From Elusimicrobiota bacterium (GTDB lineage Bacteria; CG03), in contig JAGHAK010000075.1 in assembly GCA_021161565.1 (NCBI GenBank), positions 1 through 41,483 on the forward strand: DNA of 41,483 bases, written 5' to 3'. The notes beneath the pieces were generated by a model. The model was not told the origin of the DNA. It worked only from the letters and a program-made list of their open reading frames with translations, and did no database searches. Position 1 is the stretch's first letter. Every line of letters starts with the position of its first letter. The translations under genes were made by a program, and so were the position numbers. Positions 33,047-41,320 of this stretch are shown here, one piece after another.

Positions 33047-33991
33047 ATGGATAAAATCCTTATTGTGGAGGATAATCCCGACAGCGCCGAGGTGCTGAGG
33101 GATATTCTTGTAAAGGAGGGGTATTACTGCGACATTGCCGCCACAGGAAAGGAGGCGGTTTTGATGGTTTCTACTTCCCGGTACAGTTTGATACTTCTCG
33201 ATGTGATGCTGCCGGATATAAGCGGCTTTTCCCTTCTTGAAAAGTTCAAGGCAGAGGCTTTTACGAGCATGGTTCCCGTTATTCTGCTTACCGCTCTTGA
33301 TGACACGAAATCCCGAATCAAAGGCTATAATCTTGGCTGCAGCGATTTTGTTTCGAAGCCATATAATCATTTCGAACTCATAGCGAGAGTAAACAACCAC
33401 ATAAGGCTGAAAAATACTCTCGAGGACCTCGAAGACACCAACAATGTTTTGTACACCCTCGCCGCGACGATAGAGGCAAAAGACCCCTACACGAGAGGGC
33501 ATTCCCAGCGCGTGGGAAAATTTTCCTATCTTCTGGCAAAGGAACTCGGGTGGAAAGAATCAGAATGCGTAAAAATCGAGCGTGCGGGGCTTCTTCACGA
33601 TATCGGGAAAATAGGCGTGCCGGATTATATTCTGACAAAACCTGGCAAACTTACGGATGAAGAATTCGAGGTGATGAAAACCCACCCCGTTTTAAGCGCG
33701 CAGATTTGCAAGTCCCTTTCGAGGCTGCGGGATGTTATTCCGATGATAAAACACCACCACGAGAGAATAGACGGCAACGGATATCCCGACCGCCTCGCTG
33801 GAGAAAATTTGCCGCTTGGCGCGAGAATTATGGCTGTTGTGGACGCGTGGGACGCAATGACCTCAGACAGGGCTTACAGGAAAAAAATGCCGGAAGGCAA
33901 AGTTTTCGAAATTCTTTCTTCCGGTGCTGGAAGTCAGTGGGACAGAAAAATTGTCGAGAAATTTCTGAAAGTCAAAAAGAACCTTTTTTGA
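33047..33991 (+). CDS. Response regulator with HD-GYP output domain (RpfG-like c-di-GMP phosphodiesterase)
   Basis: Canonical receiver (ILIVEDN..., LILLDVMLPDISGF, SKP) plus HDIGKIGVP and HHERIDGNGYPDRL. Start at ATG 33047 behind GGGAG. Confidence 0.88.
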   Translation: MDKILIVEDNPDSAEVLRDILVKEGYYCDIAATGKEAVLMVSTSRYSLILLDVMLPDISGFSLLEKFKAEAFTSMVPVILLTALDDTKSRIKGYNLGCSDFVSKPYNHFELIARVNNHIRLKNTLEDLEDTNNVLYTLAATIEAKDPYTRGHSQRVGKFSYLLAKELGWKESECVKIERAGLLHDIGKIGVPDYILTKPGKLTDEEFEVMKTHPVLSAQICKSLSRLRDVIPMIKHHHERIDGNGYPDRLAGENLPLGARIMAVVDAWDAMTSDRAYRKKMPEGKVFEILSSGAGSQWDRKIVEKFLKVKKNLF

Positions 33992-34051
33992 TAAATCTTT
34001 TCTGCTGCGGATTTATCCCAGATTTTTCATTAGAAAAATCTGTCCTTCGGA

Positions 34052-34093
34052 CCGCCCTATCTCTGATAGGGCGGGGTTAACCCCGCCCTTTTT
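34052..34093 (+). terminator. Two overlapping hairpins; the second is an intrinsic terminator
   Basis: Hairpin 1 is CCGCCCTAT/ATAGGGCGG (34052-60/34066-74). Hairpin 2 is AGGGCGGGG-ttaa-CCCCGCCCT (34068-76/34081-89) followed by TTTT. The two share 34068-74. Confidence 0.6.
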
Positions 34094-34326
34094 GCAATAT
34101 CTTTCATTTTTTATTTTCATTTTTTTGTTATTCATAATTTTCCGCATATTTTTTTATTTTTCATTTCAAAAGGGCGGCCCTATGGGCATTTTTTTCAATT
34201 CTATTGAAAAAAATGGGTTTAATCTGCTTATGCGGATAATAGCATAAAAGCCTGAAATCCGTCAAGAGGTATTTCGAATATCCCGTGGGCGACGAGTTTC
34301 TCCCCGTGAAAAAATGCTTTGTCTTT

Positions 34327-34536
34327 TCAGTTTTCCTTTATTTCGTCATACATCTTTTCTACTTTTTCAGGATTCCTCACGACGAGGACGGGGCAGTTTG
34401 CCTCGCGGAGGATTCTTTCTCCATCGTCGTAGAAAAGATCCGCTGCCGACAGAAATTCTTTCAAACGCCTCATCACGATCATATCGGCTCCAATCTCGCG
34501 GCACTTTCTTCTATTCAGTGTTTGTGTTCGTTGCAT
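34327..34536 (-). pseudogene. Universal-stress-protein (UspA) C-terminal remnant
   Basis: EIGADMIVM...GERILREANCPVLVVR matches only the last third of a Usp domain. The G-x2-G-x9-G(S/T) ATP motif and the N-terminal two thirds are absent. It overlaps the 3' end of the upstream gene. Confidence 0.3.
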
Positions 34537-34874
34537 GATTCCGCCGTCGTCAATTTTCCACTCAGGTAATCGTCGAGTGCCTTCCCGACGGTTCCGCTGG
34601 TGCCCGTAACGGCTTTCACGCCGAGACGCTCGAACCAATCAATCGCGCGCGGACCCATTCCTCCGGCAATTATGACGTTTGCTTTTTCATTCGCGATATA
34701 TCGCGGCGCCACTCCCGGCTCGTGGCTGGCGAAAAACGGATTTTCTTTTGTTTCGACTTTTTTCACAACGCCCTCTTCGACTTCTGCGAAAACATAATAA
34801 GGACACCTGCCGAAATGATGCGCCACCGCGCTTTCAAGCCCTTTGTTTTCTTCGCTTGCAATCGCAATTCTCAT
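34515..34874 (-). CDS. NifB/NifX-family (dinitrogenase Fe-Mo cofactor domain) small protein
   Basis: IAIAS...VAHHFGRCPYYVF...VIIAGGMGPRAIDWFERLGVKAV is typical of this stand-alone domain. Confidence 0.7.
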   Translation of the reverse strand: MRIAIASEENKGLESAVAHHFGRCPYYVFAEVEEGVVKKVETKENPFFASHEPGVAPRYIANEKANVIIAGGMGPRAIDWFERLGVKAVTGTSGTVGKALDDYLSGKLTTAESCNEHKH

Positions 34875-34912
34875 TTTTCCCCCTTCTTTTATGCTTTTAT
34901 CTACTTAAACGG

Positions 34913-34941
34913 ATGTTAGCATATACCAAAAAACCTGTCAA
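34913..34941 (-). promoter_or_regulatory. sigma70-like promoter for the NifX-like gene
   Basis: On the minus strand: TTGACA (34941-36), a 17-nt spacer, then TAACAT (34918-13). Shine-Dalgarno AAGGGGG lies before ATG 34874. Confidence 0.45.
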
Positions 34942-34955
34942 CGACAGATTTCGCA

Positions 34956-35690
34956 TCAGTCCCTCAGTTTTTCAACCCTCACCGCCGCCAGAGCCGTAAA
35001 AAGAACCCCCACCGTCGCCAGCACGATAAAGGAGATGCTCACTCCGATAAAATGCCTGTTCAGGATGGATGCTTCGGCGAGATTTACCGAATAAGTCATC
35101 GGGGAAAGATAGGCAAAAATTTTCAGAGTGGGAGTCAGCGACGAAACCGGCAGAAATATGCCGCTTACGAAAATCAGAGGGAGACGAATGAGGTTCATAT
35201 AGGTCATCGCGTCGTAGGCTTCTTTCACGATGAGAGAGAGAAACAGGCCGAAAGAGCTGAACGCAAATGACGAGAGAATAACCCACAGAATCAGAAGACC
35301 AGCGTTAAAAATCCGTATTTTCACGAAAAACAGCGTTATCGCGCAAATGCTGAGAGTCGTAAATATTCCGAACAGGAAACCCGCGAGAATTTTTCCCAGA
35401 ACAATTCCGCAATAGGAAATGGGGAACGTATAATAGACGTTGAAAACGCCGGTTTTTCTCTCCAGCATAATCGAAGTGGCTGTCATCGACGTCGTGCCGA
35501 AAAAGATGGCCATGGTAAAAAGTCCTCCGAGCATGGATGGAAACCCTGCGGGATTTTTCAGCGAAAATATGAGAACGAATACGAGTGGAAACAGGATTCC
35601 CCACGAAATGGTCGCGGGTTTGAAATAATAAGCCCGCACATCCTTCAGCGCGAGATGCAGAATATTTCTTATCTCACTTTTCACGGTCAT
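34956..35690 (-). CDS. ABC-2 type transporter permease
   Basis: A six-TM hydrophobic protein of about 244 aa. Its start overlaps the upstream ABC ATPase gene by 17 nt. Confidence 0.8.
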   Translation of the reverse strand: MTVKSEIRNILHLALKDVRAYYFKPATISWGILFPLVFVLIFSLKNPAGFPSMLGGLFTMAIFFGTTSMTATSIMLERKTGVFNVYYTFPISYCGIVLGKILAGFLFGIFTTLSICAITLFFVKIRIFNAGLLILWVILSSFAFSSFGLFLSLIVKEAYDAMTYMNLIRLPLIFVSGIFLPVSSLTPTLKIFAYLSPMTYSVNLAEASILNRHFIGVSISFIVLATVGVLFTALAAVRVEKLRD

Positions 35691-36606
35691 CCTTCTTTAT
35701 CAGTTTAACAAACAAATCTTCCAGTTTGTTGCCTTCGGTATTCACCTCGATAACTTTCAGTTTCGTCTCTTTTGAAAATTTGCTGATTTTTTCGAGAGCG
35801 CCTGAAACTTCGGCGTTTCTCAGATACAAAAAATTTCCGGAAATCCTGAAATTTTCAAAATATCTCTGTGCCTCGAATTCTACGGGTTTTCCGTCGAACC
35901 TCACGGCCAGAATTTTATCGCTCGGAAAAAGTTTTTTTATTTCTTCCATTTTCCCGCTGTAAATTATCCTCCCCTTGTTTATGACGGCGAGATTCGAGCA
36001 TAGCAACTCTATTTCCTCGAAATAATGGCTCGTGAGAAAAACCGTCACGCCTTTTCCATTGAGCCGCCGGAGAAACCCGTAAACGATGCCGCGCGCTTTG
36101 ATGTCCAGTCCGATTGTCGGCTCGTCGAGAAAAATTATATCCGGTTTGTGAATCAGCGACGACAGTATCGAGATTATCCGCTTTTGCCCTTTTGATAGAA
36201 ACAGATATTTCGTATTTGTTTTCGAGTTCAGGTTAAATTCGGAAAGATAATTCTTTATGCGTTTTTCCGCTTCTTTCCCGCGGACGCCGAACATTTTCGC
36301 TTTGAACTTCAGATTGTCTTTGACCGTCAGATCCGGGAAAAGGTTCGTGGACTCTCCAGTTATTCCGATTCTTTTCTTAATGTAATTGAGATTTTTATTC
36401 AATTGCTTGCCGAAAACCGTCACCTGCCCCGATGAAATGTTCGTCAGGCCGGTAAGCATTTTTATGGTTGTTGTCTTGCCGGCTCCGTTGGGCCCGAGAA
36501 AACCGAAGAAATCCCCGCCGTGTATGGAAATATCAACACCGTCGACGGCGGTCAGGCCGCCGTAGTTTTTTGTCACATTCTCCGCTCTTATTATCGTTTC
36601 GCGCAT
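35674..36606 (-). CDS. ABC transporter ATP-binding protein (ABC-2/DrrA-like)
   Basis: Walker A GPNGAGKTT, signature LSKGQKR and Walker B IIFLDEPTIGLD. Start set at MRETIIRAENV (ATG 36606). The longer TTG-started ORF running to 36684 has no Shine-Dalgarno. Confidence 0.88.
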   Translation of the reverse strand: MRETIIRAENVTKNYGGLTAVDGVDISIHGGDFFGFLGPNGAGKTTTIKMLTGLTNISSGQVTVFGKQLNKNLNYIKKRIGITGESTNLFPDLTVKDNLKFKAKMFGVRGKEAEKRIKNYLSEFNLNSKTNTKYLFLSKGQKRIISILSSLIHKPDIIFLDEPTIGLDIKARGIVYGFLRRLNGKGVTVFLTSHYFEEIELLCSNLAVINKGRIIYSGKMEEIKKLFPSDKILAVRFDGKPVEFEAQRYFENFRISGNFLYLRNAEVSGALEKISKFSKETKLKVIEVNTEGNKLEDLFVKLIKKDDREK

Positions 36607-36731
36607 TTCCCGGAAAATACTCTCCTGCTTCCGCCGTTCGGCCGATAAAGTTTTTTCCCCGTCCGTTTTCGAATCTTTGAACAATTTTATAATTTTTGCG
36701 TGAATTTCACAAATGGCCGCGGCTTTTGAAA

Positions 36732-37085
36732 CTATTTTTTCTCGATTTTTTCGATGTCGTCCTTTATCGTCGCCGACACGCAGGACATATCCTCTTCGCT
36801 GAAATCCGGACTTTTCTTTTTCTCCAGACCGAAATCTTCGTCGAGCGCGTAGGATAAATCAATTTTTGCGCCGGCTTTTTCCAGAGTTTTCTTCAGGCAT
36901 CTTTCTTTGCACCCGTCAATGACGATTTTACGCGATATAAAACCCGTCATCTGCCTGAGATTTGAACTTCCGAAACAGCCGTTGACGCCTATCGTCTTGC
37001 CGAATTTTTCGTGTTGCCCCATTATGCTTTTCTGCGCGCTCTCGGTTTTACTACTGAGAGCAGAAGATGTTTGACGCTTCATCAT
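36732..37085 (-). CDS. DGC-domain (putative zinc-binding) protein
   Basis: GVNGCFGSSN...IVIDGCKERCLKKTLEKAG is the DGC-domain pattern. Start at MMKRQ has AGGAG 5 nt upstream. Confidence 0.6.
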   Translation of the reverse strand: MMKRQTSSALSSKTESAQKSIMGQHEKFGKTIGVNGCFGSSNLRQMTGFISRKIVIDGCKERCLKKTLEKAGAKIDLSYALDEDFGLEKKKSPDFSEEDMSCVSATIKDDIEKIEKK

Positions 37086-37137
37086 ATTGCTCCTGACGAT
37101 AAGCATGCCGACATCTGTAGAACTTTATCCGATATCC

Positions 37138-37686
37138 TTATTTAATCACGCCTTTTTCTTTGAGCGCCCTTTTCACTTTAGCCCAGATGCCCTCTTTTTT
37201 ATAGAGTTCTCTGACCGAATTGATGTCCTGAAAAGTAATGGCGTTTCCCAGACACAGATTCGCGCAGGTCGTGCATCCGACGACGCAGTTGTATGGCCTC
37301 GCCACTTTCGGTTTGCCATCCACCCAGTCATAAACCTTTTTCCCGCAATTCATGCACATTCCGCAGCCGACGCATTTGTCTTCGTCAATCGTCGGAAACC
37401 ACTCGACTTTTTCTCTCGGATAACCTTCAATCCACGCCATTTTTCCCCCCATGTTTTTTTCGATAATTTCTTTCACGTCTTCTATTGTGAGAAAACCCCC
37501 AGCCGAGACAACTTTCTCGTCGATGACGAGAGCCGGCACCATCATAACGCCGTAGCTCATGATTTTCTGCAGGTTGTCCACTTTTTCGACTTCGATGTCT
37601 CTGCTGATGTCGCCGGCCACTTTTCTCACGATTCTTTCAAGCTGCTCACAGCTCGGATAGCCTGTGCACAGGACTTTGATTTTCAT
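37138..37686 (-). CDS. Fusion of a thioredoxin-fold 'redox-active disulfide protein 2'-like domain and a 2x[4Fe-4S] ferredoxin domain
   Basis: The N-terminus MKIKVLCTGYPSCEQL...YGVMMVPALVIDEKVV is Thioredoxin_3-like. The C-terminus carries CVGCGMCMNC and CVVGCTTCANLC clusters. Confidence 0.7.
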   Translation of the reverse strand: MKIKVLCTGYPSCEQLERIVRKVAGDISRDIEVEKVDNLQKIMSYGVMMVPALVIDEKVVSAGGFLTIEDVKEIIEKNMGGKMAWIEGYPREKVEWFPTIDEDKCVGCGMCMNCGKKVYDWVDGKPKVARPYNCVVGCTTCANLCLGNAITFQDINSVRELYKKEGIWAKVKRALKEKGVIK

Positions 37687-37698
37687 TTTTACTCCCGG

Positions 37699-38171
37699 CT
37701 AAAAAAACTTTCCGTAAAACATTCCGCTTGCGGTTGCCATCGCGACGACAAGCGAAATGTAAACCAGCGTTTTTTTCGTTCCTAAAACGCTTCTGCCCAG
37801 AGCGGAACCAGCCACAAGCAGAAAAAGTGCGCCCGTCAGATATCATTTAATTTTATAAATAAACCGTTATATTCCGATAGAATCGTCCCCGAAACCGAGG
37901 CCACCGTGTATGAGAGAAATTTATTCGCCTTCGCGCCGAAATATTTTATCACCGACTGCTGACTGACGAAACTGGCGATTGCCCCGGCAATAAAAAAAGC
38001 AGGGACGAGGCAGAGCAGGACGTGCTTTCTCGCATATTCCTGGCCCATCAGCAGAGCCTCTGCAACCGCTTTCTGTATCGCGATTTTATCAAAAGGTATA
38101 AAATACATTGCGAGAAAAACGGAGACAATCAACAGAAATTTATCGCGGTTTTTCATTTTTTCGCCCCGCAT
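37699..38171 (-). pseudogene. COG0701/ArsP-like permease with internal deletion and frame change
   Basis: The N-terminal 111 aa (HVLLCLVPAFFIAGAIASFVSQQSVIKYFGAKANKFLSYTVASVSGTIL) stop at 37836. The family's C-terminal end (LTGALFLLVAGSALGRSVLGTKKTLVYISLVVAMATASGMFYGKFF*) is readable in another frame from 37842 to 37699. By my recollection of the family, roughly 150-200 central residues are missing. Confidence 0.6.
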
Positions 38172-38494
38172 CTTTCCCTCAGACTTCCTTTCCTGCGGAT
38201 TAATGCTCCGTCCGGTAAGTCAGCGTGCGGGGGCAATTCGCTCAATACGCCCCTGATAATTTTGTTTTTAAGCATTCCTGGAGCAGTCCTGTACACAATC
38301 CATTTCCCCTCGCGGCGCCGTTCTATCAAGCTGGCCTCTTTCAGAATTCTGAGACTGTGCGAAATCCGCGACTGTTCCATATCCAGAATCCCCGTCAATT
38401 CACAGACGCACAATTCTCCTTTCGACAGAATCAGAAAAATGCGCAGCCGCGTTTCATCCGACAGCGCCGCAAATAATTTCAGATATTTTTCCAT
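38153..38494 (-). CDS. arsR: ArsR/SmtB-family metalloregulatory repressor
   Basis: LSDETRLRIFLILSKGELCVCELTGILDMEQSRISHSLRILKEASLI is a winged HTH carrying the CVC metal/metalloid site. Confidence 0.88.
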   Translation of the reverse strand: MEKYLKLFAALSDETRLRIFLILSKGELCVCELTGILDMEQSRISHSLRILKEASLIERRREGKWIVYRTAPGMLKNKIIRGVLSELPPHADLPDGALIRRKGSLRERCGAKK

Positions 38495-38521
38495 AATTCC
38501 TCCATCGCAATGTCTTCAAAT

Positions 38522-38555
38522 ATGAACATATTAACATCTGTTCATTTTTTGTCAA
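38522..38555 (-). promoter_or_regulatory. arsR promoter overlapped by an inverted-repeat operator
   Basis: On the minus strand: TTGACA (38555-50), a 16-nt spacer, then TAATAT (38533-28). The inverted repeat is ATGAACA-N10-TGTTCAT (38522-28/38539-45). TGAACA half-sites are typical of SmtB/ArsR operators. Confidence 0.6.
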
Positions 38556-38643
38556 GAGCCGATTTTTGCAGTTTCCCGAAAAATTCAAATGGGTAAGAAA
38601 CAGTCGAAACAGAAACTATTTCTTGCCCTCAGGTAGTAAATGC

Positions 38644-38672
38644 TTGACAAAAGATGGATTTGTTTACAATAT
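38644..38672 (+). promoter_or_regulatory. Candidate divergent promoter for the oxidoreductase operon
   Basis: TTGACA (38644-49) is followed either by TACAAT after 15 nt or by CAATAT after 17 nt. The -10 assignment is ambiguous. Confidence 0.35.
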
Positions 38673-38727
38673 AACTGAAAATGAACTTCAATAGCGGATT
38701 GGCAAAGAGAGTGCTAAAGGGGGCAGA

Positions 38728-40077
38728 ATGAAGGATTTTGCGGAAATTCTGATTATTGGTGGCGGACCGGCGGCGATTGTGGCGGCGTTAACGGCAAGGA
38801 AGTATTATCCTGACAGGAGTGTCGCAATAATAAAAGACAGGGAAACAGGGGTTGTCCCCTGCGGCATTCCATATATGACATCGAGTCTGGAGAAAACTGA
38901 AAGCAATATTATGTCTTTTAGTCCTGTCGAGAAAGCGGGAGTCAGGATTGTAATTGACGGAGTGAAGCAGATAAAAAGGACTGAAAAAGAAATTGTTACC
39001 GGCGGAGGAGAAGTCTATTCCTACGAAAAGCTGATTCTTGCTACTGGGTCTGATCCGATAAAGCCGCCGATAAAGGGAATTGATTTGAAAAATGTTTTTC
39101 CCATTTACAAAGATTTCGAATATTTGACGAATATGATAAAGGAAATAAAGGAAAGCAGAAGAATTGTCGTTCTCGGAGGCGGTTTTATTGGAGTGGAATT
39201 TGCCGATGAGATTTCCCGTCTGGGCGGCAAAGAAGTGTATCTTGTGGAAATGCAGCCGAGTATTCTTATGAATTCTTTTGACGAGGAATTTGCCGTTCTC
39301 GCCCGCGACAAACTTGCCGAAAAAGGCGTGAAAATTTTAACGGGCGTAAAAGTGGAATCGATAGGAGGTTCTTCCCGGGTCGAAAAAGTGCTTCTTTCGA
39401 ACGGCAAAACCATAGAATGTGACGTCGTTGTCTGCGGACTTGGTGGGGTTCCGAATACGGCTCTCGCGCGCTCGGCTGGTCTCGATATGGGAAAAGGAAA
39501 AGGAATATGGGTTGACGAGTATATGAGAACTTCTGACAGAAACATTTTCGCAATCGGCGATTGCGCGGGGAAGAGGGATTTTTTTACGAGACGCGACAAT
39601 CCCGTTATGCTTGCATCCATTGCGACTGCCGAGGCGCGAATAGCAGGGGCAAATCTTTACGAGCTCAAGGTCGTCAGGGAAATCAAGGGAACGATAGGAA
39701 TTTTTTCGACCTATATTTCCGGTGTCGTTCTCGCATCGGCGGGTCTTACGGAAGCGAACGCCAAAAAAGAAAATTTTGAGGTTGTTGTCGGCAATTATGA
39801 AGGCGTCGACAAGCATCCTGCCGCGCTTCCGGAGAAAAACAAGATAAAAGTTAAATTGATTTTTTCGAAGCAGTCGGGGATTTTGATGGGCGGACAGGTT
39901 GCCGGCGGTTTTTCCGCTGGCGAGATTATAAACATTATAGGAATGGGGATACAGAAGAATGTTTCTCTGACGGAACTTGAAACTTTTCAGATGGCGACGC
40001 ATCCCTATCTTACGCCGCCTCCGACAAAGTATCATCTTGTCGCCGCTGCGCAGGATGCTTTGAGAAATGTCTCGTAA
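38728..40077 (+). CDS. FAD-dependent pyridine nucleotide-disulfide oxidoreductase (NADH oxidase / CoA-disulfide reductase-like)
   Basis: ILIIGGGPAAIVAAL FAD motif, a single redox Cys in VVPCGIPYM, a second GGGFIGVEFA dinucleotide motif and GDCA. Confidence 0.85.
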   Translation: MKDFAEILIIGGGPAAIVAALTARKYYPDRSVAIIKDRETGVVPCGIPYMTSSLEKTESNIMSFSPVEKAGVRIVIDGVKQIKRTEKEIVTGGGEVYSYEKLILATGSDPIKPPIKGIDLKNVFPIYKDFEYLTNMIKEIKESRRIVVLGGGFIGVEFADEISRLGGKEVYLVEMQPSILMNSFDEEFAVLARDKLAEKGVKILTGVKVESIGGSSRVEKVLLSNGKTIECDVVVCGLGGVPNTALARSAGLDMGKGKGIWVDEYMRTSDRNIFAIGDCAGKRDFFTRRDNPVMLASIATAEARIAGANLYELKVVREIKGTIGIFSTYISGVVLASAGLTEANAKKENFEVVVGNYEGVDKHPAALPEKNKIKVKLIFSKQSGILMGGQVAGGFSAGEIINIIGMGIQKNVSLTELETFQMATHPYLTPPPTKYHLVAAAQDALRNVS

Positions 40078-40282
40078 CAGTGATGCTGTGAATGAATGTA
40101 AGTGGTATAATGTTTGTCCTATGAAGTTTTTTTACGAAAGCGGGAAACTGGACGAAAAATGGATAAAGAATTATTGTAAGGGTAATTGGAAAATTTGCGT
40201 AAGGTATCGGATGGAGGAGGCAGGGGAATATCACCCGGATAATATGCTTCCTGATGGAAGCATTGCTAAGGATTTGAAATGA
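40067..40282 (+). CDS. Small cysteine-rich protein (71 aa), function unknown
   Basis: CKWYNVC ... CKGNWKIC (Cx5C ... Cx6C) and HPDNMLPDG. It overlaps the upstream gene by 11 nt and the downstream gene by ATGA. Confidence 0.6.
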   Translation: MSRNSDAVNECKWYNVCPMKFFYESGKLDEKWIKNYCKGNWKICVRYRMEEAGEYHPDNMLPDGSIAKDLK

Positions 40283-40950
40283 ATAGCATAAGAGAAAATG
40301 TGAAAAAATTGCTTTCGGAAATTCCTGCCGGGGTTTCTGTTGTTGCCGCAGCCAAGACGAGAACAGATGACGAGATAAATCAGTCGATAGATGCGGGAAT
40401 AAAAATCATAGGCGAAAACTATATTCAGGAAGCGGAAAGAGTTTTCGAACTTGTCGGAAAAAAAGTTGAATGGCATTTTATAGGGCATCTCCAAAAAAAC
40501 AAAGTAAAAAAAGCGGTAAGAATTTTTGACATGATTGAGACAGTGGATTCATTTGAACTTGCTTATGAAATCGATAAAAGAAGCAGAACTGAAGGGAAGA
40601 TAATGTCTGTTCTCGTTGAAATAAACAGCGGGCGGGAACCTCAGAAAGCCGGCGTTTTTCCTGAACAGGCAGAGAACCTTATCAGGGAAATTTCGAAATT
40701 CGAAAATATAAGAGTTAGAGGTCTTATGACAATGGGACCTCGTTTCGGCAATCCTGAAAAAGCAAGGCCTTTTTTCAAACAGACAAAAGAGATTTTCGAC
40801 AGAATTCAAGGTCTTGATATTTCCAATGTTGAAATGAAGTTTCTTTCAATGGGAATGACAAATTCCTACAGAGTTGCGATTGAAGAAGGGGCAAACATCG
40901 TTAGAATTGGAACTCTGATTTTCGGCGAAAGGGATTATGATAAGGCTTAA
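40279..40950 (+). CDS. yggS: YggS-family pyridoxal-phosphate homeostasis protein
   Basis: VVAAAKTRT (PLP lysine), GENYIQEA and WHFIGHLQKNKVK. Confidence 0.9.
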   Translation: MNSIRENVKKLLSEIPAGVSVVAAAKTRTDDEINQSIDAGIKIIGENYIQEAERVFELVGKKVEWHFIGHLQKNKVKKAVRIFDMIETVDSFELAYEIDKRSRTEGKIMSVLVEINSGREPQKAGVFPEQAENLIREISKFENIRVRGLMTMGPRFGNPEKARPFFKQTKEIFDRIQGLDISNVEMKFLSMGMTNSYRVAIEEGANIVRIGTLIFGERDYDKA

Positions 40951-41320
40951 TCATATTGCGATTCAAGTGAAAAACAAAAAAGACGAGTTGTTTTTTGCGG
41001 AAATTTTGGGAATGAAAAAAGTTGGTGATTTCAGAATTGATTCACATCTTGTCGAGGCAATCTTCAAAAAAAAGAAGGCAGTTGAAGTGGCAACTTTTGT
41101 GAAAGGCAATGTTAAAATAGAACTTTTTATAACAGGCAGAAAGGTAGAGCCGTTTTTTAATCATATTTGTCTTGAAGTTCCGGACAAAAACAATTTTGTT
41201 GAAAAGTGCGAAAAGTATGGTATTGCAACCACAATTGTGGAGAGAAAAGGCAGGAAACTCTTTTTTGTCAGAGATTTTTCCGGCAATCTTTTTGAAATAA
41301 AACAGGTGACATCGCAGTGA
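40937..41320 (+). CDS. VOC (glyoxalase/bleomycin-resistance/dioxygenase) family protein
   Basis: LNHIAIQV ... NHICLEV ... FVRDFSGNLFEI shows the paired beta-alpha-beta-beta-beta module pattern. Confidence 0.7.
   Translation: MIRLNHIAIQVKNKKDELFFAEILGMKKVGDFRIDSHLVEAIFKKKKAVEVATFVKGNVKIELFITGRKVEPFFNHICLEVPDKNNFVEKCEKYGIATTIVERKGRKLFFVRDFSGNLFEIKQVTSQ

Noticed and set aside
34285-34999. Several 65-106 aa plus-strand ORFs opposite the Usp remnant, the NifX-like gene and the ABC-2 permease.
   Set aside because: They are antisense to genes with clear family motifs, their products are low-complexity, and they have no start signals.
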